From positions 434,001 through 498,000 of the forward strand of contig JALDTO010000146.1 in assembly GCA_023515725.1 (NCBI GenBank): a DNA stretch of 64,000 bases, written 5' to 3'. The DNA is from Amoeboaphelidium protococcarum X5 (taxonomy: Eukaryota > Fungi > Aphelidiomycota). The notes below the pieces were generated by a model, which was not told where the DNA came from, did not search any database, and saw nothing but the letters and a program-made list of their open reading frames with translations. The number at the start of each line of letters is the position of its first letter. Within the stretch, counting starts at the first letter, position 1. Of the stretch, positions 1-13,629 are shown piece by piece. The translations under genes were made by a program, and so were the position numbers.

Positions 1-834
1 GGTGAGCATACTATGAGATCTGGACGATCTCTCATTCAATTTATGAGAACCAACTTTCCTATTTCTCAATCCCTCTTCCAGCACGGCCATACAGTCATCC
101 AGCACGTCGCATTCAACTTCAAATAAATTTTCAACAAAGAATCCATTCTCCTTGTTATATCTGACAGGGAGCGATGCAGCGGATGGGTTCAAGAGATCTT
201 GAACATGCTCATTATAAATTTCCAAGTACGACGCTTTTATGGTGAACTCCTCCTCAGTGTCCAATTAGTCCATGTACTCAAACATGTAAAACAATGAGCG
301 CGGTATCAGCCCCCAATGCTCCTATTCAAACTAACTAAAATCCACTTCGTCAGGCCCGGTCAAGCTGTGAGTCTTACCACTACTGGTCTAGCCATATGCA
401 AATACGCACGAGTTGTATCCTTGCACAGCCTTCTCGATCAACACCTTAACGCCACAGCTGTCAAAGAACTCCTTCTAATTTGTTTCAGACCCAAAAACGT
501 GATTGAAACGCAGCGAAGGAGTCGGCTTTCCATCGGTCGATTTCGCAGTGATCGTCTGTCCATCAGGGAGCTGAAACACTGCCTGGCCATCGTTTCGCTG
601 ACTCTCTAGTTAGTTCAAAGGTCGGATTCTTATCACAACTTTAACGGTATCATCATCAGTTATTTGGGAATAAGTCTAACCAGTGGGACTTCCAAGGCGG
701 GAGTCATCAACTGGTGATGCACTGAGTGGAGGTGAATTTGAGACTCCCGAATGACCATCTTCAGCGTAGCTAGTCCTTTTTGAAGATGCCGCCGAACCAT
801 TTTACTTATTCTTCGGGTTGACATTCACTCTCAT
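1..834 (-). CDS. Kinesin motor protein, KIF12/kinesin-16-like (3' end beyond window start)
   Basis: With TAR=Gln: MRVNVNPKNKQ...VKVVIRIRPL...GYNSCVFAYGQ(TAG)TSSGKTHSL...SYLEIYNEHVQDLL...GFFVENLFEVEC...NERSSRSHSMLT; P-loop and switch I intact. Confidence 0.9.
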
Positions 835-1117
835 GATAAATCCGGGGTTTATTCTGATAGAAAATGTTAGTTTTGTTAGCTTCTCCAAAGAAAAACAGCG
901 TTTGATTAACAGTGAATGGAATTGACAATATAAAACAAAGCCATGCGGAGTAGTCAAGCGAAGACAAACTGATTGAAATGCTATCTGTTTGAAAGAAAAT
1001 TCCAGACATGCAGTCTATATTGATGTCATCATCATATTCTAACATCAATTTATTATGGAATAAAGAGATATAATAACGTGCAGCTGATTGCCGTGTCCAA
1101 CTTTATAAAGTACATGC

Positions 1118-1837
1118 TCATATCAACTGTCTCAGTTTCAAATGATAGATGATCTCTTCCACTTTCTTGATGTCATACTTTAGACTGTCATATCGCTTTC
1201 TCACACTATCATTCTTCAAGTTTAACAACTAAAAGTTCTTATTCACCAACATCAAGTACTGTTGAATGCGAACTGGCATCCAGTACACCTTAGAAATTAC
1301 TGACGTAGTGCCAAAACGAGATAACTCATTGCAACTACTGAGAATACCGTGCAGAACATCCTCCATGCTCACAAAGAACCGGGAATCGGCGCTTTGACTC
1401 AATTCACCGCCAGCCAAACCAGCGACGCGCAATCCAGTGCACTTTTCAACGTCAGACACTTCAACGATTGAGATTGAATTCGATTCAGCAGCAGTGCAGG
1501 CCTACAGAAACTTTTACATACACTTGAGATATATCACATTCTACAGGGCCATCTTGAAGCTGTCGTTGTACTTGTAGTACTGGCCATCGGGAATAATTGC
1601 TTCAAATTTACTCAACTCTGGCTTCACTTTATCAAAGGTGGATTCCAAAGCGCTAATGACACGCGTGATGGTTGATTACATCTCCTCCACCGATTAAGCC
1701 TGGTGAAGCAGCGAAATTTCAAGATTACCCTGACGAGCACAGTCATCCACCTTCTTGACCAGCTCTTAAATTTGTGCCTTCACGTTCTCTTCTTTCTCTA
1801 ACGCGTCTTGAACTGATTATATGAAGTACGAGCTCAT
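1118..1837 (-). CDS. TSN: Translin (239 aa)
   Basis: QYYKYND..., EDVLHGILSSCNELSRF, C-terminal FQLLNLKNDSVRKRYDSLKYDIKKVEEIIYHL; ends TGA. Confidence 0.92.
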
Positions 1838-1963
1838 TTTTATAGTGATCGTGAATTGGTTCTCAGGGGAAGAGATATTTGGAAAGCCTAAATTCATAGT
1901 TAAATTTGATGATTTCGAAACTTTTATAAAATGCCATCTATTTATTATATAATATTATGATAA

Positions 1964-4303
1964 TCATTTCTTTACACTGAGTAATCCAACGCCAAGCCGC
2001 CCGATGTGACATTCAATTTCAAGTTGGCGCATTAGTTGTTCATCAAACACGAACTGAGACAGTTCAGGATCAGAGTGGACTTTGTGCGCACCATGTTCCT
2101 TAACTAAGCGCATATATTACTATCTCTGTGCGATGAGTTCGTGAGCTCTAACTGTGTTACCAAGACCACTTAGTACTATCAGAACAGAAGATGGAGACAT
2201 GGCATCGTACACTTTTCTGATATGCCCAGCAGCTTCAGTCAATGCCTAAGTGCGCGTCTTTTTCACCTCTTCGACGCTCAGTTCTCCCTCCTCCAAGAGA
2301 CTTTCATCCAATTTCTGCAAAGCGCCGACAACGTCTTAATTCAGAGATTTCATGTTCTCCATTGCATGATGAACTTCTTTGAATCGACCAAACACAAAAT
2401 TATATTGAGGATAATCTATAGTCTAATCACCTATCTGATGAAAGGTTTATTTCGACTTTTCGCGTACAAGAAGACTCAACTACTCGGCAATATCAGCATC
2501 AGTCTATAGAGCTCTCACTGATTTAATCTAATGTTGATAATTCTACAGTGTTTTATAAGAATCCACCATGCAGCAATCAATAGGTTAAGTCTCAGATTGG
2601 TCTCCATCCCCAAACAACTTTCTCTTTGACGCCAAAAATGGCGAATCTTCACATGACTGAAGCCGCTTGAATAGTGACTCGCTCTCAGTCATTGACAATC
2701 CAAAAGAATATCCCTTCTCCAACTTGAGACGAAGTAGATCTAAACACGCCACTGCGTCGACAATACTGTCATGCCCAGCAGTTGAGCTATTAGAATTCTC
2801 CTAAATCAATCTATTAAGATACTTCTCGGCCAAGTACCGAAGTGGCGCTTTCTGAGGTGGGCCGCGATTGCTGTGATAAATGATGGAAGTATCTATGATC
2901 CTATCATGTGCAATTTACAAAGCATTCAAATCGTTCTCCAACGAATGACCAACCAGGATAGTGTCCTCAGATATTAATCCATCAGTTTCATTACATAGAA
3001 TATGCTGCACATCCTTCAATGTGGTTTTCACATCGCGCATCAACTCCTCCGTGATACCGCTATACTTTGTATTATAATCAGTAATCTCATCCTCTGGTTT
3101 AACAAGCGTATCCAATAGAACAGTCTTATGCTAATCTACAACGGAAACTCTTGTCAACGAGAGTCCAGATTAAGTGTACGACATTTCACAATCAACCGCC
3201 AATATTTTCATGGTGCTGAATTGATTAAGTAATTCTTAGTTATTATTCAGAAGCTAATTAACCTTCTGAGCCTTGCCTTTCTTTTTATTCTTGGTCACCA
3301 GCTCAAATCCATCATCGATATTCAACATTAAGCCATCATCCTCCTCATCCACTTGTTTATCATCGGTTTATGCAGAATCTCTACGTCTCGATGTTATACA
3401 CCAACCTTCAGGCAGCGCTTCATCTTCACCATACACGGGATACTCGTTGGCAATCAATTCATCACGGGTTAGACAATAGTCTTCCACGCGAGCCACCTGT
3501 TTACCATCAAGATCATCTTTCAATTGAGCCTTTTACGCGCTAGTTAACGGTACCTCCAACAATGCTTAAAGTGGACTCTATATGCGATTCTTCTCCCCCG
3601 GACCATTAGTCAGCACGGCATGTTCAATAATATCAGCGATTGAATGAAGAGGAGAATCGTCGGGCAGAGGTAACAATGATCTCTTTTTACCGCCGGTTAA
3701 CAAAGATCCAGCGAGTCTCTAAGCGGCAGAAGTCTTTAATAGTACTGATTAATCTGACTATAATTTCTCTAGAGTATGAGCTTAATAATTGACTGCGTCA
3801 ACTGTGAGCGGCGCTGGGTACATCACCTATTAGTTCTGCGTTTAAAGTTGACGAATAATTTACGCATTATAGTCGGTAAACACATCTTCAGGCAATATGC
3901 CTTGTACCATCACACATACAACCTGTCTAACATTCTACCTCTCCGCCGTCATTACCCACGGGAGACTCATTCCATCGGACAGAAGATGCATAATAAAACT
4001 CTACCAATCCTTAATCTTTATCAAATTATTCCTCTTCATCAGCAAGTGTTCCATATTGAGCTTCATCACGGGCGGAGAGCATAATCTGATCAGCGATTTT
4101 CTCTGCTTTTTCAACTTTCGCTTCTACTCTCTCGATTCCAATTATGACTGAATAAGCGCGTCAGTATCTTCGTTGAGTACATCGAATTAAGACTTTTGCA
4201 TACTATCTTCACTCTATAGCTCTACTTGTTCTTCCTTGTTGTCTTCGCTATGAGTAGCGGAGGTGTCAGACACGGCTCTTTTGCGTTTATCAATTTTCTA
4301 CAT
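1964..4303 (-). CDS. DEDDh RNA exonuclease, REX1/REXO5-like (779 aa)
   Basis: ILAVDCEM, LVKPEDEITDYNTKYSGIT, ILVGHSLENDLNAL, IIDTSIIY, GHDSIVDAVAC; single frame ATG to TGA. Confidence 0.88.
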
Positions 4304-4475
4304 CCGAATATTTGTTATAATCGCCGCCGCTTTCTCTTCTTTACTGATGATGAAGAAGAATAAAAAAACATTGAGCGCTCTTTGATAATCTATCTCGGAG
4401 AATAAATACGAATGCAAAAGGTTATAAGAGTAGGCGCCTCTAATAAACTTTGTATAAATTTACTTTCATTATAAA

Positions 4476-7400
4476 TCAGTCAAAGATTGGGAGAACTTAT
4501 TCTGGCCACTTTCCAGATTGGCGACACTGCCAATAATTGTCCCGGTACACCCAGTGCTCTTCACCAGAATCCTCGTCAATCTCGCGCTAGAACCAGAGCG
4601 GCTCCCATGCGGCACCTTCTCCTTCTCTCTCGTGTCTCCTCTTTCTCTATGAGCCTTCCAATCTGACTTTCTCCTAATCAGCCAGTTCATATTCGGCATT
4701 CTCCATCGCACTCTGATCCGGACGGAGACGCGAATCAGTTGGTGGTAATTTAAGCTTCAGTTCATCTGGTAACTCATTCAGAGTAATGGCAAAATCTGTC
4801 AAGTTGAATTACTTCTCAGCCAACTCACTGACTGGGTGCCGTTTCCATATAACAAAACCTCCACCGACGCTACCATCTCCATGCGCAGATTTTGAAGCAG
4901 AAGACATACTGGTGCGCAGGAGTGACGATCTCCTGCTGAGAGATTGAGTTTGTACATTACTTCCCACGAACGGATTCTTAGATCCCTTGACCAACTGTTC
5001 AATCTAAGCATCACTCAGCACCGGCTTACAAACCAATTTATCATCCCAACCACCGGACAATTTATAAATCACTTTGCCATCAGCAGACTTTACATCTCCT
5101 TCAAGCTCATACTAATTTCTACTAGTCCATCCACTTTATTTAAATGTCACAGTACACGTATCACCAGTAGAATGATTAGTCACCACTAGATCACCAAAAT
5201 GCTAAACATACAACTTTCCAATCACCAGATTATTCACCTGTGTGGCCACCTTCTTCCACGAGTAATGTTCACCGGTGCTCTTCAACAACACATGACACGT
5301 ACCCAGCGGTATAATCTCAAGAGATGTACCTCTGAACCGAGTCTTCAAGTGCGCTTGAGCCCAGAATGCATAACTATCAGACTCACAATGACATGCACTG
5401 ATCGGAGGATGATGACTGACTTGCTCAGAGAGATAACGGAAGTTCTTATCGCGTCTCACGTACTCAAACGTCTCGCCTAGTAGAGGATTAAAAGGCTTTC
5501 CTGCACGGCCTTGCGTTGAACTATAGTTACTCATAGCAAAAGCCGCCACAAAGAGAACACGCTCAAATCTTCCAGTATCCAGGCCATTAGGATCAGGATT
5601 CACGCGAGATGCTGCGATATCAAGCAAATTAGAGTACTCCATATCCTCACATAGACGTTGAAGCATCGACAATGGTTCATTAAAGAATACTGGGAGGGCA
5701 ATCTTTGTAAGATCTTTACCAATATTATTCTTGAGAATAGACCACAGAGATATCTCGGGCGGACGTTTACCCAGCGATGGAAGAGTCTTCCTGAACTACT
5801 GCGTGGTTGGATATCCTTGAGCGACACTTTCCATAAGGCTGACGGCTTTACCACTACTCGCATCGCCATCATTTTAATAGTCAGCAATGGACAAAGAATC
5901 GCCAATAGCATCATAAAACTCGTCCAATTCTTCTTCCTCTTCCTCCCCCTGGTCTAAATCAGCCTACTAGGCATTGCCAACAGTCTTAGTTTTCGGAGAC
6001 ATTGAAGCAATTTACTTGGAAGCATTATTATACAAACTGTCATGCTCCATGGCCAACACGCGTAAATTCTCTTCCCATATGTGCTTGATCTACTCCTCTC
6101 TCTGCAAACGTTTGCGCCATGACTTTTCTCTATCATCAATCTTCTTGGACACTTGAGACACTATTGTCTATAAACTCTCTCCGGAGCTCTGGATCATGCC
6201 CAACACCTACTTGTCCAAACTCGGTATCTTACTCAATAGCTCGTTGTGCTACTAGACAATGAACGCTGCATTCTTAAGCAACTACTACATCAAGTCCTCA
6301 TACACTTTATCACCCTCTTTATCCTTATCTTTCAGTGACGCGTAAGAATCATCACCTAAAACATCTTGGTCAGAGATGGATCCACGATCTACATCGTTAT
6401 AAGACTTTATAATCTGAGCATTACTGTTATTAAACGAACCTCTAAACCCACTATTCTAAGGGAATCCATCGCCAGAATCAGATAACTCGCTCAGCTTTCT
6501 TTATACCACCATAGCTCCACTTCCAGCGGCACCACTTTTCTAATTCAAGGCTGCTCTAGGAATATCGCCATGGTCCTGCAGCCACTGCTTTGCCTCAGTG
6601 ATTGCAATAATCCAACGCTTAGTCTCCATTGGGTGTTCAGCACGCAAATGCCATCTCGTGATGCCTTTATCACTAAGCTTGCGCTCATGCTTACTCTACT
6701 TTCCACTTTCACTCTTGGTCTTGGTGTGATTACTCTAACTGTCATCCATCATCTTGCCGCTGTTATGGAGACTCTTGCTTGAAGACTAAGTCAGGGATAG
6801 TTCAGCCAGTCCAGAATCATTCATCTACGGACTATTACCCATGATAAGATCAAATCTGGTCTTATCGCTTGGATCGACCCATACTTTGGCAATAATCAAC
6901 GAGGTCATACCGCGACACTTTACCGGATATTCCATCTGAGATCGGTAATACGACAGAGTGCCATCGGCAAGTACAAAGTATCGCTTCTTGTAACCACCAG
7001 CATAATTCGTCCACTTATACAAGGTGCCAGTCAGTTTCTGCGGAGTCTTTCCATTCGATGCAGATGAAGACTAGGACTACTAGAGAACAGGTGATGAACT
7101 GATGGCCAAACTGGTGTAAGATTGCTAAGCCAAGACTCCCTTCAGCAACTTCAAGATACGCTCATCCTTTGTTCTATCACTAGCCAATCTACCTTTGCGA
7201 TCTCTAACCAATGGATCGCAGTGATACTTTAACAGAAGATTAACATAGTCACCACTATTATGCTCACAGGCAACATGCAGAAGAGCTCCCAGCACACTAC
7301 TTCCATCCCCCACATTCATCACGCCCACATGGTCCAAGTCAACATTCAGATCAATCAATTTCTTAACTCGCGGATAAGATAGAATAGTCTCAAATTTACG

Positions 7401-7940
7401 CACTTGCTCCTTGTTCACTATAAAGTTATACAGCTGCTGGTAGACGTTCATCATAAAATGACTTCTCTAATTCCCAATCAATTATGCAATCTGGTGGTTC
7501 TTCGCCAGCAATAAGATGTCTTTAGCATCATTATTTAGTAGAGTATCATCCAAAATCACAGTGTTGTTTGATAACTCCTACTCCATAGACATTCTATATA
7601 CTTGTTCCATAATCGCAGTGCGGCCGCCTTTAGATGCATGATGAAGGCAAGTATCACCATTGGAATCCTAATAATTGATATCTACCAACTGGACATGATC
7701 AAACACATACTGCAAAATAGTAGTCATCATTTTGACAGTGCCAAACTGCGCACACATCACCAAAGCTTAATTAACACTCTAATGCTACTACGAGTCAAGC
7801 AACTATCTAGCAGATTCAATTTCGTCCTTCCTTATAACATCCATCCACTTGAATTACGTCACTGATTCCTCCAAATTAATTTTCACATTATTATTAATAC
7901 TATTAATGTTACTATTACTTGTTGGACTAGTGGCAGACAT
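4476..7940 (-). CDS. Oxysterol-binding protein with ankyrin repeats, PH and ORD domains (Osh1/Osh2-like, 1154 aa)
   Basis: Ankyrin GDTCLHHA; [20 protein letters not shown]; FFAT-like DEFYDA; [15 protein letters not shown] and [12 protein letters not shown]; uninterrupted frame. Confidence 0.93.
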
Positions 7941-8679
7941 TATCGATTCCTATAATTTACTCGACTGACTATATAATACGTGGAATTAAGGCCAACGAAT
8001 AAGAACGAAGAAGGGACGGGATCGCCGCGCTCAGGTCGAACTCACGTCTTTCCTCCGGCTATATTCCGTCTAAAGATGGTAAGAGCGACTGCTGTTCGAC
8101 TCCTCTAAGACTCACCACAGCACGTAGTGACTCTCAACCGCACTGTTAAAAACCGCGATTGAAGGGAAATAATTTTACTATTTTGCTGAATGCTATTAAA
8201 TGTACACATTTAAACTTCCCTGAAATAATCATAGTAAAACAAATCTAGCTAAGAGTCGATCAATCCAAGTACGCCCAGGTGAACGTATAATCAACCTGGT
8301 CTAAAGTCACTTCAAAGGACTTTCCGCTCCATGATCAATCTATTTACGCTGAGAGATGTTGGCTAATAACTGACTTTTCATCGCTTGATAGCCACGGCAA
8401 TTCACCGTCGATCCACTCTATTTACCTCTCCTTCATGACAACTATGGTCGGATGGAGTTGGAATTATACACTGATGCGCGCCATTAACGCCATATCCCTC
8501 GTAAATTTGAAAATCCTTGATAATTGACATCTTACCATTATGAATCAAACTCACATAGGATTGACCAATTCCCAGACTGTCCACTAAGATTTCCGACATT
8601 TCAAATAATAACAAATTGAAGTCGAACGCAAATGTCGCAACCGCTGATACTCCAATATTAAGTGCTGATAGAGCCTTAG

Positions 8680-9231
8680 TCAATCAATTACCAGTTAGAC
8701 TTTTTAGTATGAAACGCGAAAACGACTACGCGCGATGTAACAACTTTTGGTAGCCTGCTTAAAGGATTTTTAACAACCAGCTTCATTGACATGTTGATAT
8801 GGGATATCGATTCCCACACTTTAGATTAAAAACATTGTGAAATGTTACTCCAGCGAACCATCCTAATTCAAATTAATCCTGTCGATGACATCTTGCACAG
8901 AGAATTCACGTACAGCCTTTTGATGAATTTATCGATAACATAACACCATGCTCTGCTTAAAGGTTTATCGAAAAGATGTGACACCCTCATCTTCCTTGGT
9001 ACTGGTAGCGACAAACTCAACTTCGCCCCAGAGAGACGCAACTTTATTACCACCAACAGAAGAGCAGCAACAATCGAGAACCATCAAAACATCCGTCATT
9101 AGATTATCTGTGGATGCTTCCATCAATGGATTCTTCACATTCATAAAAATCACGATAAGAATCACAGTTGAGCTCATCAAAACAGTTTTCGCAGTGAGAA
9201 CGATCATAGGTAAGATATTTTAAGGGCACAT
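8680..9231 (-). CDS. Hypothetical ORF or gene fragment with a caspase-like (clan CD) DVLMVLDCC segment
   Basis: 183-codon frame under TAR=Gln; DVLMVLDCCCSS...VEFVATS...TSF resembles fungal caspase-like proteins, but no upstream His motif. Confidence 0.3.
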
Positions 9232-9767
9232 CGCTGATGGTGTAAGAGGTCAGCTCGAGGTAAAAAACTAATTAAATAGAAATACACATTTCAAATTTTG
9301 GATGCGTGAATATTGAGTCAAAAACTTTAAACTAACAAAACTTATATTTGAATCAGCTTTATTTATAGACATGACTACATCGTTGACTAAACAGATAGCA
9401 AGATGTAAAGGGATCTACAGACAGATCTTGCGATAGAGAGCTAGTGCATCAAAGACGAAAGAAGATTGAATATCAAAAAGACCCATGTTAGCTCTTTACT
9501 CGTTATCATCATCATACATCAGAATAGTGAAGATAAAACTAACCCAAGCTCAAGACGTTAGGGTCAAGGTGGGTCGAATCAGAAGCGGCCGATCAATTGA
9601 ATTTCCTTTTTCGGATGTCATTTCCGCCAATCGCCTCCTCTGACTTGTTACTGAGATCGATTGCCGAAGTGGAAAGTTGCATCTATCTATCTTCTATTCC
9701 TCACAATTAGTTAGCTGATTGATTTCTACTCATTACGTATTATTACAATCTGCAGTAAGAAAAGGAA

Positions 9768-12700
9768 ATGGAAACTGGCAGGGAAATTGAGATTAAATCG
9801 GCTCAAGGTAAGATTTGCCTAATGTACATTTGTCATGATGTCAATGATAATAAGTGCGTTGATTACTGATCGTGTAGAAGAGCTGCCAGCTTAAGCTAAG
9901 GATGTGAAGGAGCCTGTTGGTAAGGGCGATGATAAGGATAAGAAGTCTGTGCATATCACGGAGCACATGCTCTCTCATGATGAGCTGTCTCAAAAGTATT
10001 TCGGTGTGAAGTTTGATGCAGAGAAGCCCACTCAGTCGCAAGGTCTCAGTGAGACTCTGGCAGAGGAGAAGCTGGCAGAGCACGGACCCAACATGATGTC
10101 TCCTCCAAAGTCAACACCTGCTTATTTGAAGTTTCTGCACTGTCTGTTCAACTAGTTCAATCAGCTGCTCATGCTCGCTGGTATTCTGTCGTTCATTCTG
10201 TATGGAATCGACCCTCAGAATGGTATCCCTAGTCTGTACGTTGGTGGCATTCTGTTTCTGGTGGCTTTGATCAACTCTACAATTGAGTTTGTGCAAATTC
10301 AAAAGAGCGAAGCTATCCTGAAGTCCTTCCTGAACCTAGTGCCTCGTAACTGTACCACTATTAGAGATGGAAAGTTGAAGCAGATGGGCGCAGAATCTCT
10401 GGTACCCGGTGATATAATTCATGTTCGCATGGGTGACAAGTTGCCTGCTGATATTTATATCTTCTGGGCTGCCGAGTTGAAGGTTGATAATTCCTCGCTG
10501 ACTGGAGAAGCTGATCCACAAGAGCGTGGTCCGGGCAATACTCAGGAGAATCCGCTTGAGGCTCACAACTTGGCGTTCAGTGGTTCTCTGGCCGTCAATG
10601 GCGAAGCTTATGGTGTAGTTATTCGCACTGGTGACTTCACAGTCCTCGGTCAGATTGCTAACATGGCCTCGGGGGAGAAGAAACGTGAGAGTCCAATGAC
10701 AGTTGAGATCGCCAAATTTGTCCAGTTGATTGCTCTGGTTGCTGCACTGACCGGAGTTCTCTTCTTCATCATTGGTATTACTACGCTAGGTGGTCAGTTT
10801 CCTGACTCGAAGTAGCTGATCGCGTTCAACTTCACCTTTGCGATTGGTGTCTTTATCAGTTGGGTTCCGGAAGCGTTACCTGCGATCGTCACTCTGCTGC
10901 TGTCGTTTGCTGCGCAGAGAATGTCTAAGCGTAATGTTCTGGTTAAAGATTTGCGTGGTGTGGAAACGCTTGGTTCTATCACATTGCTGGCTACGGATAA
11001 GACTGGTACACTGACTCGTAATCAAATGACTGTGACCAACTTCTGGAGCAGTGGTGAGATGTATCAAGTTGGTAAATCTGAGCAAAAATCTTCAGCCAAT
11101 GTTGATGGTCAGCCAAAGAGCGCGGGTGACGAGAATATGCCTCCAGTGATAAATGGCAAGGATGGAGAGCAGGCAATTGGTATGTTGCCATTGAACCGCG
11201 TGCCCACCGTGCAAATGGCACCAGCTGATGACTTTAAGTAGTTTAGTATTGATGTTAAGAGTTTGAAAGACTTGTCCATGATCTGTTACTTGTGCTCCAA
11301 AGCTAGATTTGATGCCACTGATGTCCCTTTGAAGCAGAGATCGGTTATCGGCGACGCTACTGAAAGTGGACTGTTCTTATTCGCAGCCAATTCTCTTCCA
11401 GACTCTGACACTTTGGCTGAGTAGTATCCAAAAGTGTTCGAGATTCCGTTTAATAGTACGAATAAGTGGCACTTGTCTATTCACAAGATGAAGCATGATA
11501 ATGGTGACTTGACTTTGCTTATTAAAGGTGCTCCAGAGAGGATCTTCAAACTGTGTTCAAAGATCTACAGTTAGTCTGGAGATGAAAAGGAAATTACCGC
11601 TGAGATGAAGCAGGAATTTCAGAAATCTTATGAGGCTCTGGCAGCCAAGGGTCATCGTGTCATTGGTAGCGCTAAGTTCCACCTACCTGCCTCCGACTAT
11701 CCAGCTGACTTCACCTTCCGTAAGGATGATCAAGATAAGTAGGAGTTGGGCGAGGACAAGCCTGGTGTCTTGGGCACTTATCCAAAGGGAGGCTATACTT
11801 TCTGTGGTCTAGTGTCTCTCGAAGATCCTCCGAAGCATGGTGTGAGAGAGGCAATAGGTAAGTGCAGACAAGCAGGTGTTAAGGTGATGATGGTCACTGG
11901 AGATCATCCTCTGACTGCTGAAGCTATTGCGAGAAAGATCAATTTGATGCTACAGGAGACTAAAGATATGGTGGCTAAGCGTACCAACCGTGCATTGTCA
12001 TCAATATAAGAGCATGAGTATAACTCTATCGTCATCCATGGTGAGAAGGTCGACTCTCTGACTGAGGAGGACTGGGAACGTATCTTGAATAAGGACGAGA
12101 TTATCTTTGCAAGAACTAGTCCAAAGCACAAGTTACAAATTGTTAAGCATTGTCAGGAGCGTGGTCACATCGTTGGAGTCACCGGAGATGGTGTAAATGA
12201 TAGTCCTGCGCTGAAGAAAGCTGATCTCGGTATCTCTATGAACATCTCTGGTAGTGACGTGTCAAAGGAAGCTGCTGCCATGATTTTGTTGGATGACAAC
12301 TTTGCCTCCACAGTTCATGGCATCAGTGAGGGACGTTTGATTTTCTAGAATCTGAAAAAGTGTGTTAGATACACGCTGTGTCACATTCTGCCATAGGTTG
12401 TTGGTAATCTGTTATTCGTTGTTGTTCCAATTCCTCTGCCTTTGTACGCGTTGTAGATCATTCTTATTGATCTGGGATTTGAATTCTTTAATGGTCTGTC
12501 GTACGCATGGGAGTTGCCTGAGCTTGGCGAAGAAGGTATTCTTATGGCATTGCCGCGTAAGCCAGTGTCTCTGCGCTCTATTGACCTGCTCAGACGTAAC
12601 AATGCTTATAAGGCCAAGTAACAGAATCAAGTTATGGAAATGGTGTATGGAGACAACCGTCCTGCTGCAGCTGCCGAAAACGGTTTGGTCCAAAATGTTG

Positions 12701-13389
12701 ACACATCTGAGATGAATTGGTCAACTTATTTAAAGTATAAGACTGCATCTACCCGTGTCTGGTTCAGATCTCTTTTTGACAGCGAAGGATGGCAGTTGTT
12801 CTGGGAGCCAAAACATGAAGAAACTCTGATCGATGCAGACGTTTTATCTTACGCCTATCTTGAAGTCGGTGTTCTGGAGACTATTGGATGTCTGTTGGCC
12901 TACTTCCATGTATTTTATGTTGAATTGGGCTGGACTCCAGCTGTCGTGGCTCAGAATGCTGCGTAGTTTAGTAACACGAACACTCTGTCCCAAAATCTTA
13001 AAGATGTTTTGTTCAAAGCTTAGTCTGCTTACTTCTTTGCAATCCTGATTATGCAGATCTTTAACATGTTCTGCTGCAAAGTGACTACCTCTTATCCTTT
13101 TGGATGGAGAGTGTTGAAGAACAAAGTTACCTGGATCTCTCTGGCTGCTGCTGTTGCGTTCTCGTGCTTTGTCATTTATCCTCCATTTATGCACAATGTA
13201 TTCCAGACCAATTATTTGAGTCCTTAATACTGGCTGTTCCCTTTTGTAATGGGCTTTGTGATTCTGATGTATGCCAGTGCTAGAGTCGCCTACCGTCGCC
13301 GCCGTATGGAAGAGAACTTGAATTTGATGTTGCCTTTGGACTTGCATCCTACTCGTTTCTCTACCAGAAGCGCTAATTAAAAAAAGTGA
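9768..13389 (+). CDS. P-type IIC (Na,K/H,K-like) ATPase alpha subunit; intron 9808-9877
   Basis: GT..AG intron with TACTGAT branch joins frames; [59 protein letters not shown]. Confidence 0.93.
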
Positions 13390-13629
13390 AATTGTGCGTT
13401 ACGTTTAAACTAATAAAAATATATTTATGAATTCTTATCAATGATTTTGTGCAAGTTTCTCTTTACACTAAACACCATAACAGAATTCACTGGTGGGATG
13501 TGTGATTTTGGCCATCTCCCACGTGGGACAATGAAACTCCGACAAATGAGGCATAACTTTTATTCCCTATCTACAATTCGAATACAATATTATTATTTTA
13601 TTATTATTATTGCATTCTATAAGTACGCG

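Noticed and set aside
316-609. This and many other ORF-track entries (e.g. 12844-13347, 13747-14187, 57958-58428, 61115-61588)
   Set aside because: Antisense or off-frame shadows of real genes
12394-12396. TAG at a usually-Glu site suggesting TAG=Glu
   Set aside because: TAG occupies invariant Gln in kinesin YGQT and USP QQHDSQE, so a substitution is more likely
13378-13389. TAA shortly before TGA in the ATPase (also USP 40352-40375) as evidence for TAA stops
   Set aside because: A TGA follows within a few codons, so these cases are uninformative
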